From contig CM000151.3 of the NCBI GenBank assembly GCA_000004695.1, positions 5,344,001 to 5,408,000 on the forward strand: a stretch of DNA of 64,000 bases. Reading direction: 5' to 3'. This stretch comes from Dictyostelium discoideum (taxonomy: Eukaryota). The position numbers and the translations under genes are program-made. The notes under the pieces are model-generated. The model searched no databases. It worked only from the letters and a program-made list of their open reading frames with translations, and had not been told where the DNA came from. Below are positions 1 to 14,647 of this stretch, piece by piece. Position 1 is the stretch's first letter, and the number at the start of each line of letters is the position of its first letter.

Positions 1-705
<705 letters not shown>

Positions 706-1574
706 ACAAATACTAATTTTTAAATATGTAAATTATAAAATAAATTGTTGTTAAAATTTAAAAGTTTTTTTTTTTTTTTTTTTTGTTATTTTTAAATTTT
801 GTATTTATAATTGTTTTTATTTTTTATTTTTTATTTTTTTTTAAGATTACGAAAAAAAAAAAAAAAAAGAATAAATACAGAAAATTGATCACTCTGATTT
901 TTTTAATTTTTTTTTTGGTTCTGTTTCATTTTCGAAGTGTTTAAGAACGCTGTTTTTTTTTTCGTTTTCGAAATGTTTTAAAACAATTTTTTTTTTTTTT
1001 TTTTTTTCAAAATGAGTCATCACTATGATAAAATGTTGATTAATTAAATTCTTTTTTTTTTTTTTTTTTTACTTATTTGAGTCACAATCTAATTTAATAA
1101 ATCTTCTTTAATATAGTTTTTCAATTTACATTCTTGATAATAAATTATACCTTCTAAATATAATTTTATTTAAATTTAAAAAAAAAAAAATCAAATTTCT
1201 CGAACCAATTGATTTTTTCATTCTGTGCTGTTTGGATGGTAAAGGGAGTGGAAAAAAAATTTTAAAAAAATCAAATTTCAGAACACAATTGCTGCCCATT
1301 TTGATTTTTTGGATATTTTTATTTAATTTAATTTAAAATTTTTTAAATTTTTTTTTTTTCATTACAATTATTTTATTTTTAATTTTTTTTTTTTTTCTCA
1401 TCTTTTTTTTTTTTTTTTTTTTTTTTTTCTTTTTTTTTTTTCTTTTCAAAACAGTTGATTATGTGTAAATAAATTAAAATATAAATTTTTTATTTTTCTG
1501 TAATCTCATACATTAAACATTTTCCCACACATCAACAACAATTCCCCCATTTGGTTAATAGTCATCAAAAATAA

Positions 1575-1606
<32 letters not shown>

Positions 1607-1764
1607 TAATAAAAAAAAAAAAAAAAAAAAAAAAAGAATAATCAAAAAAGACAATAATAAAAAAAATCAAAATACGCTTCTATTTTTGTATATATATATA
1701 TTATAGTACAATTTGTAATATTTTTAAAATATAAATTAAAAAAACAAAAACAAAAATAAAAATA

Positions 1765-1799
<35 letters not shown>

Positions 1800-1935
1800 A
1801 AAAAACAAAAAAGGGTTATTTAAACAAATTTCATTTTATTATAATAATAAAAATATTCACATAAAACAAAAATAAAAAAAAAAAAAAAAAAAAAATACAA
1901 GACAAAAATAGAATACCTCAAAAAAGGAAATAAAA

Positions 1936-2025
1936 ATGTTTTTAAAGTTTAAAAATATTTTTTTTATAGTTTTAACACTATCAATAGTATTTAATGGTTT
2001 AATAGTAAATTCTAAAAATATCCAT

Positions 2026-2058
<33 letters not shown>

Positions 2059-2298
2059 AATAAGGATTTATCATCATCTGAATCAGGATCTAGTAGTGAT
2101 ATAAATCCATATATTTCACAATATAATTCTGAAAGGGAAACATTAGTAAATCAAGAGAATCAAATTAAATTAGGGTCAAATACTCCATTTAATTCAAAGG
2201 AACAACAAGCAAATACAATTTTTTTAAATATTTTACAAAATGAAGAATTAAGTTTTTCAAATAATGACCCATCTGGTGTTAATTTTTTTATTGTAAGT

Positions 2299-2337
<39 letters not shown>

Positions 2338-3649
2338 ATAATAAAAAATATTAATTTTATTTATTTAATTAAAGGAAAAACAAATTATTGAAAATGAATC
2401 AACAATTTTTAAAATTATTCAAAATATGCCAAAAGGTAGTGCATTACATGTTCATCAAGATTCTAGTGCTACATATGATTATTTAATATCAGTTGGTAGT
2501 TATTTACCAAATTGTTATATTTATTTAACTTATGATGTAAATGATGCAAATAATGGTACATTCCATTTCTATGATAGTCAACCAACTGATAGTAATTGGA
2601 AATTATTATCAACAATTAGAGAGGGTGTTTCAAATGTTGAATCATTTGATCAACAACTTTTAGACTCTTTGACATTAATTGGTCAAGATTATGGTGACTA
2701 TGTCTCACTTTGGAGAAAGTTTGATGGAATATTTGGTAGAGTTAATGGATTGGTAACTTATTTACCAATTGCCACAGGTTATATGGAGCATTTGTTCCAA
2801 CAAATGATTCAAGATGGTGTTCAACATATTGAGGTTAGAAAGTGTTTTGGAGATTTCTATGACCTAACCGGTAAAATCTATGATGATTATTGGTTCGTCC
2901 AAACTATGGAAGAATTAGTACTAACAACAAGACAAAAATATAATATGTCTGAATTTGCACTTAAAATTATTGGTTGCAATGGCAGACATAATAACCAATC
3001 GGTGGTGTATGATGCAATGGTAATGTCATTGGATTTAAGAAATAAATACCCATCAACCTTTGTCGGCTATGATTTGGTCGGTCCAGAGGATGAGGGTTAC
3101 CCATTAATCTATTTCATTGAGCAATTTGCAGAAATTAAAAAATTAGGTTACCAATACCAATATCCATTGGATTATTACTTCCATGCTGGTGAAACTATTC
3201 TATACAATAATACAAATCTATATGATGCTATACTTTTAAATACTAAAAGAATCGGCCACGGTATTCAGTTACCAAAACATCCACTATTGATGGATTTAGT
3301 ATTAAAGAATGATATTGGTATTGAAATTTGTCCAATTTCAAATCAAATCCTTCAATATGTTTCTGATATGCGTGCTCATCCAGGTTTGGATTTATTAAAT
3401 AGAGGTTTACCAGTTACTATCTCACCTGATGATCCTGCAATCTTTAATTATGGTGGCCTAAGTTATGATTTCTTTGAACTCACTTATTCTTGGGGTTTAA
3501 ATCTTCAACAATTAAAACAATTAGCAATCAATTCAATTAATCATTCAAATACTTTTAATCAATCCGAATATAATTTACTCTATAATGCTTGGGAAGTAAA
3601 ATGGTTTAATTTTATTGATTATATCATTAATACTTATTCAAATATTTAA
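1936..3649 (+). CDS. adgf: adenosine deaminase-related growth factor (ADGF/ADA2 family), 2 exons: 1936..2292, 2375..3649
   Basis: Exon 1 encodes a signal peptide (MFLKFKNIFFIVLTLSIVFNG) plus an ADGF N-terminal region. It ends at 2292 in phase 0, followed by a GTAAGT donor at 2293. An 82-bp AT-rich intron ends at ...taattaaAG (2373-2374). Exon 2 is in phase and carries adenosine-deaminase motifs: MPKGSALHVHQD (metal-binding HxH), FHAGE, and SPDDP near the C-terminus. The exon join was checked by codon counting. Confidence 0.8.
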
Positions 3650-3936
3650 AAAAAAAAAAAAATAATAAAAAAAAAAAAATAAAAAAATAAAAAAAAAATA
3701 ATAATAATAATCAAAATAATATAAATTCAAATTTAATAATATTAAAAAAAAATTAAAAAAAATAAATAATTGTAAAAAAACTACAATAAATAATTAATTT
3801 TTATCAAATTTAATTTTTGTAATTATCAAAAAATTTTATACCGTTGATTTTTTTTTTTTTTTTATTTTTAATTATTTTCACACCAAACACACCACCCCAT
3901 TTTGAGATGTAAAAATACTTTTTTTTTTATTATTAT

Positions 3937-3989
<53 letters not shown>

Positions 3990-4082
3990 ATGACAATTTA
4001 AATTAATATTAATTTGAAAAAATACTTTTTAATTTTGTAAATTTTTTAATTCATTCCTTCTATTAATAAAAAAAACAATAAT

Positions 4083-4103
4083 AAAAATAAATAAATAAAT
4101 AAG

Positions 4104-4170
<67 letters not shown>

Positions 4171-4196
4171 ATATATAAATAGGTAAATAAATAATG
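4083..4196. repeat. (TAAA)n microsatellite, ~110 bp
   Basis: Direct reading: aataaataaataaata... immediately upstream of the ATG at 4199. Confidence 0.9.
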
Positions 4197-4198
4197 AA

Positions 4199-4225
4199 AT
4201 GTTACAAAAAACAAAAATAATAACA

Positions 4226-4286
<61 letters not shown>

Positions 4287-5329
4287 TTAATAATAATAAT
4301 AAAAATAATAATAGTAATAATAATAATAATAATAATAATATTAGTAGTAATAAAAATATTTCAATAAATTTAAAGAAATTATTTCCATTTTATTTACAAC
4401 TTCAAATTATTGAAAATTTAATTGACTATTTATTAATTAAAAATAATAGTAAAAAAATTGAATTTAATAATAAATATCAAAAAGAAAGGTTTCAAATAAA
4501 TTTCAATGAAATATTATATTATTGTATGGTTTCTAAAAAATGGTTTAATTCAATTTCTTTAATAATTTCTAATAATATAATTTCAAATAATATTATTGAT
4601 TATTGGTTTAAAAAAGAAATTTTAAATAATTCATTGGATGATAGTTCACAAGATTGGAATAAAAAATATTTTAATTTGGATTTTGAAAATAATGAAATTT
4701 TTATTTATATTTTAAATAAAAATTTAAATAATAATAAAATAAATAAATTAAAAATTAATCAAGGAATTTTTTCAATAATTAATATAAATTCAAAATTAAT
4801 TTATAATTATATAAATGAAAAAATTTTATTTATAAATAAATTTAATCCAAATATTAATTATTATAATAATAATAAAAATAATATTAATAATAACAATTTA
4901 AAAGAATTTTCAAGAATTATTGTAATTGAAACTGAATTAGTTGATTTATTAAATTTAGAAAATAAAAATAATAAATTACCAAATAATTTAGAAATGGAAA
5001 TAACAGTTTCAGAAATGGATGGTGATACTAGTAATTTAACATTTGAAAATTACCAAAAAAAAGAAATTAGCCAATTAAATGTTTATGGTAATTATCCACT
5101 AGGTGAAATTATGAAATGTTTAAAACCATTAAAATTATTTAATTCTCAATTATTTTGGCATGCTCATATTAATAATCATCATGATTATATTAATATTTTT
5201 AATTATTCAAATCAATTACAATCCTTATATATTGGTTTCGTTGAACCATTTCAACTTTCATTAATTAGTAAACAATTATTAAATTTAAATACATTATCAT
5301 TTTCAATTCATTATGATACTTTAAAATTA

Positions 5330-5368
<39 letters not shown>

Positions 5369-6112
5369 TTAAATAATAATAATTTAAATAATAATTTAAA
5401 TAAAATTTGGGAAAATAATGAAAATAATGATGAATTTAAATTACATTCAGAATGGAGAAAATTATTTGTTGAAACATTATCAAATAATAAAACAATTAAA
5501 AATTTAATAATTTCAGGATTTTATTGTGGTTGTTTAGATAAATTTTGTTTAAATAATAAAAGAAATAATAATAATGGTGATGAAATTATTTCAAATGGAT
5601 TTAAAATTTTATTTTCAAATAATACAACTATTAATTATTTGAAATTGTCTAGTTTAGATATTGACATTTTTGCATTATCTGGTTTACCTAATAATAAATC
5701 TATAAAAACAATTGTTTTAAAAGAACGCTCATTTAGACAATTTCAAAATTTAACAATTGAACATTTATTTTTAAACGTTTTAATTAATTCAACTTGTAAT
5801 GTTAGATCTTTTAAATTATCAACAAATACAGATAAAATTAATTTTAAATTGGTTTCTCAAATTTTAAAATTATTGAAAAAACAATGTAATTCTTGTTTAT
5901 ATTCAATTCAACTTCCAATTAATCTTGAAATTAATTATAATGAATTAATTCAACTTTTTTCACCACCATTTATTTCAACAATTAAAGAATTTATTTTCAT
6001 AATTCCAAATAATTATAATAATAGTTTTAATAATCAATTTAATGAAAAATTGAATAAATTAAAAAATTTAATTAAAAATTTAAATAATCAAATAATTATT
6101 AATTTTAAATAA
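4199..6112 (+). CDS. hypothetical Asn-rich protein with F-box-like N-terminal motif and LRR-like C-terminal repeats
   Basis: Uninterrupted 637-codon ORF with an ATG start. The N-terminus has poly-Asn from (AAT)n. LFPFYLQLQIIENLIDYLL...ILYYCMVSKKWFNSIS resembles an F-box (L-P-x-x-I-x-x-I-L-x-L ... V-S-K-x-W). Later segments (LKLSSLDIDIFALSGLPNNKSIKTIVL) look leucine-rich-repeat-like. The domain call is by eye only. Confidence 0.55.
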
Positions 6113-6813
6113 AAAAATAAATTAATTTTTTTTTTAAAAGTGTACAGTTTTTTTTATTTTTTTATTAGAAATATATTTTTTTATATAAATAATTAATCAT
6201 TTAAATTGTATGGTGGGTGTCTTGGAATAATCCATTTTGTTTTCATTTGAGTTGTAAAATTTATACTATAATTATTTATATTATCATTTTCAATATTTAA
6301 AATTGAATTTGAATTTATTCCTTGAGAAAAGGAAATTGATAATAATGATTCTATAATTTTTTTAAAAAAAAAATTAGTTTTCCATATTTTTTTTTTTTTT
6401 TTACAATTAATAATTTATTTTTAATTATAAATACTACATACTTAAAATTGACATTATAAAATATTAAATCGAGTTATTATTAGTTTTATATCTTTTTTTT
6501 TTTTTACAATAAATTATTTGTTTTTTGATTTTGAAATTAAAATGAAAAATAAATTTATAAACTTAATTATTTATAGGTATTAATTTTTTTTTTTTTTTTT
6601 ATAAAAAAAAATATTTATTATTTAAATATAAAAATTCAAAGATTAATTGCCATTTACAAAATATATATAAAAAAAAAAAAAATAAAAAAAAAATATTTTT
6701 ATTTAAAAAGAAAAAAATAAAAAAAGATTTTTAAGATTTTAAAAAAATATATGATTTTTAAATCATATCACCATATATACAAACATATACGTTTGAAAAT
6801 TAATAAAATTGAG

Positions 6814-6848
<35 letters not shown>

Positions 6849-7036
6849 CCCCTCTCCCTCACCACCAATAATAAATATATTAATACCATTACCAATATTC
6901 AAAAATTAAGTGTATAAAATACAATTGTTAACATAAACAAAACAGATACAATAAATTAAAGAGGGTAAAAAAAGAATTATCCTTTAATACTGTATTCTAT
7001 TATATAGTAACCTATTTATAACAATAACAATAAACG

Positions 7037-7044
7037 ACCCACAA
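7037..7044 (+). promoter_or_regulatory. DUSE-like motif ACCCACAA (candidate ncRNA promoter element)
   Basis: Exact match to the [A/T]CCCA[C/T]AA Dictyostelium upstream sequence element described upstream of ncRNA genes. It sits in a 2.2 kb intergenic region next to an unusually non-AT-rich stretch (6840-7130). A second copy lies at 7283-7290. Confidence 0.25.
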
Positions 7045-7282
7045 AAACAACATATTGTAGGTACTCAAGTTGGGTAAATATGTGTTGAGGTATGAGATGT
7101 AAACCAAAGTTCATATTTAATATTTTTTTGAATTTATATCTTTTTCATTAACCAGATAGATTTATTTAAAAAAAAATATTTAAATAAAAATTATTTAATA
7201 TAATTAAAAATAAATAATTTTTTATTTTATTTATTTGTTTTTTTTTATTTAAATTATTATTATTTTTTTTTAAAAAAAAAAA

Positions 7283-7290
7283 ACCCACAA
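7283..7290 (+). promoter_or_regulatory. DUSE-like motif ACCCACAA, second copy
   Basis: Same octamer, about 245 bp downstream of the first. It is followed by a 120-bp compositionally complex segment (7325-7440) containing ATGAATGA...CTGA (weak box C/D-like) and ending in T-runs. Confidence 0.25.
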
Positions 7291-7600
7291 ACCTCAAACT
7301 ACCAAATTTGATTAAAACTATTTTTAGTACTTGTTGTGTAGGTTTATGAATGAGCGGTTATTGTATGAAGGAAGGTAAAAAGTAATTTTAATTTTTTAAT
7401 TTTTATCTGAATATATCGAAAAATTGGTAAAATAAAATTATTTTTTTAAAACTTTTTTTATCCACGATAATCGGTTTATTGTTTGCAATGGCAATCAATT
7501 TTAATTTTAATTTTAATTTTAATTTATTTATTTATTAATTTTTTATTTATTTATATATTTATTTATTTATTTATTTATTTATATTTTTATTTTATTTATT

Positions 7601-7603
<3 letters not shown>

Positions 7604-7662
<59 letters not shown>

Positions 7663-7668
7663 GAACCA
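7604..7668. repeat. poly(dT) homopolymer ~65 nt
   Basis: Direct reading. Confidence 0.95.
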
Positions 7669-7982
7669 TTAAAATTTGAAGGAACAATAATTCTCTTTTT
7701 TTTTTTTTTTTAATTAACCGAAGACCTTTTTCTTTCTTTCTTTCTTTTTTTTTTTTTTTTTTTTTTAGTTTTGGAAATAATTATTTTTATTTTTTATTTT
7801 TTATTTATAATTTTTTTTATTTTTATTTTTTTTTTTTTTTCAATTTTGACTCTATATCTAGATTCAACATTATTTGTACAATTGAGGTGTGAGTGTGCTT
7901 TTGTTGTGGTGATGGCAAAAATCATTTAACAATTAAAAAAATAAAAAAAAAATAAAATTAAAAATAAAAAAAATAAAAAAAA

Positions 7983-8013
<31 letters not shown>

Positions 8014-8309
8014 CCACTTATTGTGTTGTATTAATTTATAAATAAAATTTTATTATTAAACCCAATTTACAACAGTGTTATTTTTTTATTATTATTTTTT
8101 TTATTACTATCACTATTATTATTTTATTATTATTATTTTTATTATTATTATTATTACTATTATTTTTTAAAACCAAAATTTTTTTTATTATTTTATTTAT
8201 AATAAAATAATTATTAAATTAAATAATTAATATAATTTATATACACACTTATTAATAAACACAATTAAAATATAAAAACTCAAAAAATAAAAAAATAAAA
8301 ATAAAAATC

Positions 8310-9644
<1,335 letters not shown>

Positions 9645-10536
9645 CATGTAATTTAATATTTATTTATTTTATTTATAATTTTAAATTTACAATTTTTTTT
9701 TTTTTTTTTTTTTGGTCGTCAACAAAATTTTAAAATTAAAAAAAATAAAATAAATAAAAAAAAAAAACCCTTTTTGAAAAAACTATTCCTTTTTAGAAAA
9801 ATTATTATTTTAAAAAAATCTAAGTTGTGAGATATTTAAATCAAAAAAGGTATTTTCCTAATAAATATTAAGATTTTATTTGAAAAAAAAAAAAAAAAGT
9901 CTTTAAAGAGATTTCCTATAAAAGTAAAAGGATTTAAATTAATAAAATAACCTTTACAACCAAGACTCTAACTTTAAAAAAAAGTAAATATAATTATTAT
10001 TTATTTTAAAAAGAGGATAATATTCTCTAATTATATTATTATAGTTAATCTACATTACATTCCAAGATTAATATCAAATTTCAATAATAACATCAATTTT
10101 GAAATGACCTAACCATTCAAACATTTAACTGTTCCAGCCAGCTCAAAATATATATTAAAAAATGGTGTTTGTTTGCCTAATATAAATCGGTACTAATCCA
10201 ATGACAGAAAGGAAAGATTTATCTATGCACTATGGCATTGTTGATAGGTAGATAATTATATTATTACGACAATCACCAAATTTTTTAATTTATAAATCCA
10301 AATGAAGAAAAAAAAAAACAATTTTTATCATTCTTAATGGCTCTATCAAATAATTACATTTTTAAACCAATCAAAAATAATACATATTTTTAGAAGGTTA
10401 CAAAATATAAAATAAAAATTAATAATTAAATACCTCATGGCATTAATTAATTTAAAACCTATTTTTTTTTTTTTTTTTTTTTTTTTGTACTATAATAAAA
10501 TAAATGAATATTTGGTTTATTTATTTATTTATTAAT

Positions 10537-10950
10537 TTATTCATAACAATTTAAAAATGAATATATAAAATGATTTGAAAAACGTATTGCTATTTGTATT
10601 ATTTCACTTTTTAGCCAATTATAGTCATGTCTAGTTTTAATTTTTGAGAGAAATAATTCTAGTGTTTTTGAATCATTCCTTAAAACCATTTCTTTAAATA
10701 AAGAATATGGATAAAAATAAGAAGAGTTAAATGTAAAAGTTGATAATAATTTTTCATTTAGATTATTTCTTAGGTAATGAACATGTAATTGTAAGTTCAA
10801 GTGATTTATACTTCTTGAACCATAATTAATACCACATCTACCTGTTAATAAATCCTGTGGCATTTTATCCAAAACGTAATTATATTGTTCTAATGTTACT
10901 GCACAATATAGTGGATTTGGGTCGTTTCTATCATTTTCATTTTCATTTAA

Positions 10951-11042
<92 letters not shown>

Positions 11043-12736
11043 CGAGTGAAGGGTTTATTAATATATTATTAACAAACTTTTTAAAATCTTGAAATGGTAA
11101 AATTGAGAAAAATTGAAAACCATTTTGAAATTTTGATTTAAAATCTGACCAATTCTCTAAAATGAAACGAAATTGATAATGTGAAAAATAACCAAAACTT
11201 TGGCGATCAAAGTTGTAGAATGAGTTTTTATAATCACCTGGATGATTTTTTTTAAAATATGAAATGATTTCATAGTTGCCAATAAAAAAAGGTAATAGTT
11301 GAGATGCTCTTATCAAATCTCTATTAAAAAGGTATAGACATATATCGAGTGAATTAACTTTTTCAAGTAAGTAACTATCCATTGAAAACACTGGTATATT
11401 TGGATAAATTTTGAAAAGATATTCAAGTAATTCTAAATTATTTTGAGATAAAACTATTGAAAAAAGTAAAATAGGTGATAATTTAAAATTTTCAGTAATT
11501 CCTTTATTCATTATATCACTGACTGCAGTTTTGATAAATTCTTTCTTTATTTCCAATTGATCGTTTTTTGAGCAATATAAAAAAAGATTTTTAATATCTT
11601 TATTTGAATCAATTGAATAATTGCCAAACCAAGCTGAAACAATTGGATAATAATTTTTATCAGAATTAAAAAATATTTTATTATATTTTCCCATATAGAA
11701 ATGATAATTAATTTCAATTTTATTACCACTAAAAAACAATAACATTTTAAATAAATCTTTGATTTCTTGATGCTCAATGTTGCTTTCTAAATTACCAATT
11801 TCCATTAAATATTCTTTAGTGTTTTCATATTTTAATTTTATTTTATTTAATTCTTCAATTGACAATGGTTTAAAATCATTTAAATCTAATGTTTTAAAAG
11901 TATTAATATTGAATCTATGTGTTGATTGATTTGAAAAGTATTTAAAACTTTCAAGATTATTAATTTCTTGAATAATTGATGAATCTAATGAATTTAAAAT
12001 ATGGTTTAGATGAATACATCTATCAATAACTGTTTTAAGCTTTTTAGTGAAAATTTGAAAATCAAATAAATTTCTAAGGAATTTTACAAATTCTTGAGGA
12101 TTTACAATTGATAAAGGTGGTGAATTACTATTTAATACATTTTGAATAAATTTAATTTTTAAATATCTTTTTGAATCATGTAAAAAACTATCTAAAATAA
12201 TAGTTGACCAATATTTATCAATTAATTCTTTTGTTAAAAAGTTGGTTGTTGTTGTTTTTTTTGTTGTAGTTGTTGTTACTAATAACATTTCTTTATAAAT
12301 AAATTCAGCTACTATGAAAGAGTTTGTTTTAAATGCTTTTATAAAATCATTTAATACTTCTAAAGTAGTTGGAATATAATATCTATAATTAATCAATACT
12401 TTAAACATTGCTAAATTATCATAGACAATTGAAAAATGAATAATCTTTGAAATTGAAATTGGTCTTATTGGTGTTTTTTGAGATGAAAGTGGAATTTCTA
12501 AAACTGATTTTTTAATTGGTTCTATTGTTGAAAATAATTCATCAGTTGATGAAACTTCAAAATAATATGAATAATTTTCAAATAATTTTGAAAAGAATTC
12601 CACATCATCTTTAAAAACATTAAAGATTGATAACTTTGGATAACAAATACTGTAATCATCATATTGGTCATATAAATCATTATGATAAATTCCACCATAA
12701 TTAAATTCAAATTCTTTTGGTCTATTATTATTATCA

Positions 12737-12813
<77 letters not shown>

Positions 12814-13167
12814 TTCATTTTTACCATAATCAAAAAAACAATCAGGATGAGAATTATTAAAAATTAACATTTGATCATTTTTCAATACTTTTTCTCTTAA
12901 TAAACCTAAATGACTAAATCTAATCATCCATTCACTATAAATAATTTCCTCGTATGAATAACAACCCAATCTAAATTGACTTTTTATCATTTCTAAAATC
13001 TTATATTTTAAATAATTGTTTCTAAAAACTTTCCAAAATAATTTTTCATCATTTTCCATTGGATGTAAATATTTATTTAAAACTTTATTATTTACATCTT
13101 TTTTTTCTTTTTTATTTTTATTTTTTTTATTTTTATTATTTTTTAAAACCATTTTTTTTTTTTTCAT
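10537..13167 (-). CDS. hypothetical Asn-rich protein (~876 aa), no recognisable domain
   Basis: Continuous minus-strand ORF. The track start 13200 is a TTG. The first ATGs are at 13167 and 13152 (MKKKKMVLKNN...). Protein-like composition runs throughout, with poly-Asn/poly-Thr tracts and no internal stops. I could not place it in a family. Confidence 0.6.
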
Positions 13168-13605
13168 AAAACCAAAATCAAAATAAAAAAAAAAAAACAA
13201 AACGAAATCAAAATAATAAAAAATAAAAAAAATAAAAAAAAAAAAAGTAAGATATTTTAAAAAATCATTCCCATTTATTTCCTTTTCATTTTTAAAAAAA
13301 AATTAAATGAATTATAATCATTTATGTGATATTCCAACTACTAAAGTTTAAACAAAAGTTTATTTTTTCTATTTTTTTTTTTTTTTTTTTTTTTATTTTT
13401 TAAAAAACTTCCCTATTTTATGAAAATTAGAAATAAAAAATAAAAATAAAAATATAAAAAATAAAAAAAATAAAAAAAATAAAAAAAATTTAAAAAAAAA
13501 GTGTTTTTGTTTTATTTTTTTATTTTTTCAATGATTTGGTTTTTTGTTTTTTTTTATTTTATTTTTTTTTTTTTTTTTGGAGCTTCTCACACACCAAATA
13601 GCAAC

Positions 13606-14302
13606 ATGATTAAAAATTTAATTATCTTTGTTTTTATTTTTAATTTATATATTAATTCAGTTTATTCAGAAATAGATATAAAATGGAACTATTGTCAAAC
13701 TGAAAATGTATGTGTGTAAACAAATGATATTATATTATATATATATTTATATTTTAATTAAATTAAAATCATCATTTCATTAAAACTCAAAATAAAAATT
13801 AAAATAAAAATAAAAATAAAAAATAAAAAATAAAAAAAAAAAAAAGTGTTCAGAAGATCCATCACGTGAAACTTGCCTAAGTAAATTATTTGAAGGTGGA
13901 TCAAAATATTCATATATAAATATACCAGATTATCCAACCAATGTAACTGTATTAAATAAATTATATTCATTTACATATTATGAAAATGAAAAATTACTTC
14001 AAGTTAGTGGTGGATATAATACAACCAAACCATATTCAACCAATTATACATTTCCATTCATTGCAGAAACAACTAACCTCTATGAGGATGAAACTTGTGT
14101 AATCATTGATCAAACAGAATGTTATTTAGCTGTTGTTTGTGATATCAATGATAGTGATAGAAATAAACGCTTGGCAATTGCTTTAGGTGTAATTTTACCA
14201 ATTTTAGCTTTATTAGTTGGGGTTTTTGCTTTCATTATCTATAAAAGATATAAAAATAAAAAAGATGGTTATTTACCAGCAAGTACAATAGAAATTAATT
14301 AG
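13606..14302 (+). CDS. small secreted/type-I membrane protein, 2 exons: 13606..13707, 13847..14302
   Basis: Exon 1 is ATG at 13606 plus a signal peptide (MIKNLIIFVFIFNLYINSVYS) and ends in phase 0 before GTATGT (13708). The acceptor is ...aaaaAG at 13845-13846. Exon 2 is open from 13847 (CSEDPSRETCLSKLFEGG...) to TAG at 14300-14302. It contains a hydrophobic TM segment (LAIALGVILPILALLVGVFAFIIY) followed by a basic tail (KRYKNKKDG). Exon 2 has no ATG and so is absent from the ORF track. Confidence 0.55.
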
Positions 14303-14647
14303 TTTAAACAGGAAAAAAAAAATAAAAAAATAAAAAATATATTGAAAAAAAAAAATGGAAAAAAAAAAAAATGGAAAAAATAAGTGAAACTATTAAGTTA
14401 AAAATAGAACTTTATCAACATAAAAACCAAAAATAAAGGAAAAAAAAAAAGAAAGAAAACACCATTATTATTATTAAAACATATTCAATATTTGAAGAAA
14501 GAAAAAAAAAAAATTTTTAAAGTAATAAAAGAAAATAAAAGAATAAAAATAAAAGAAATTTTAAACTTTTTTAAATAAATTTATGTTTTTTTTTTTTTAT
14601 ATTATATATATTTATTTATTTATATATTTTTTTTTTTTATTTATTTT

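Noticed and set aside
7483-7713. ORFs translating poly(dT)/poly(dA) and AT-microsatellite tracts (also 27853..28224, 27911..28150, 28933..29212, 29278..29493, 30427..31038, 40414..40875, 61448..61672, 19450..19713, 52292..52530)
   Set aside because: Translations are F/K/I/L/Y homopolymers arising from intergenic simple sequence. No protein-like composition.
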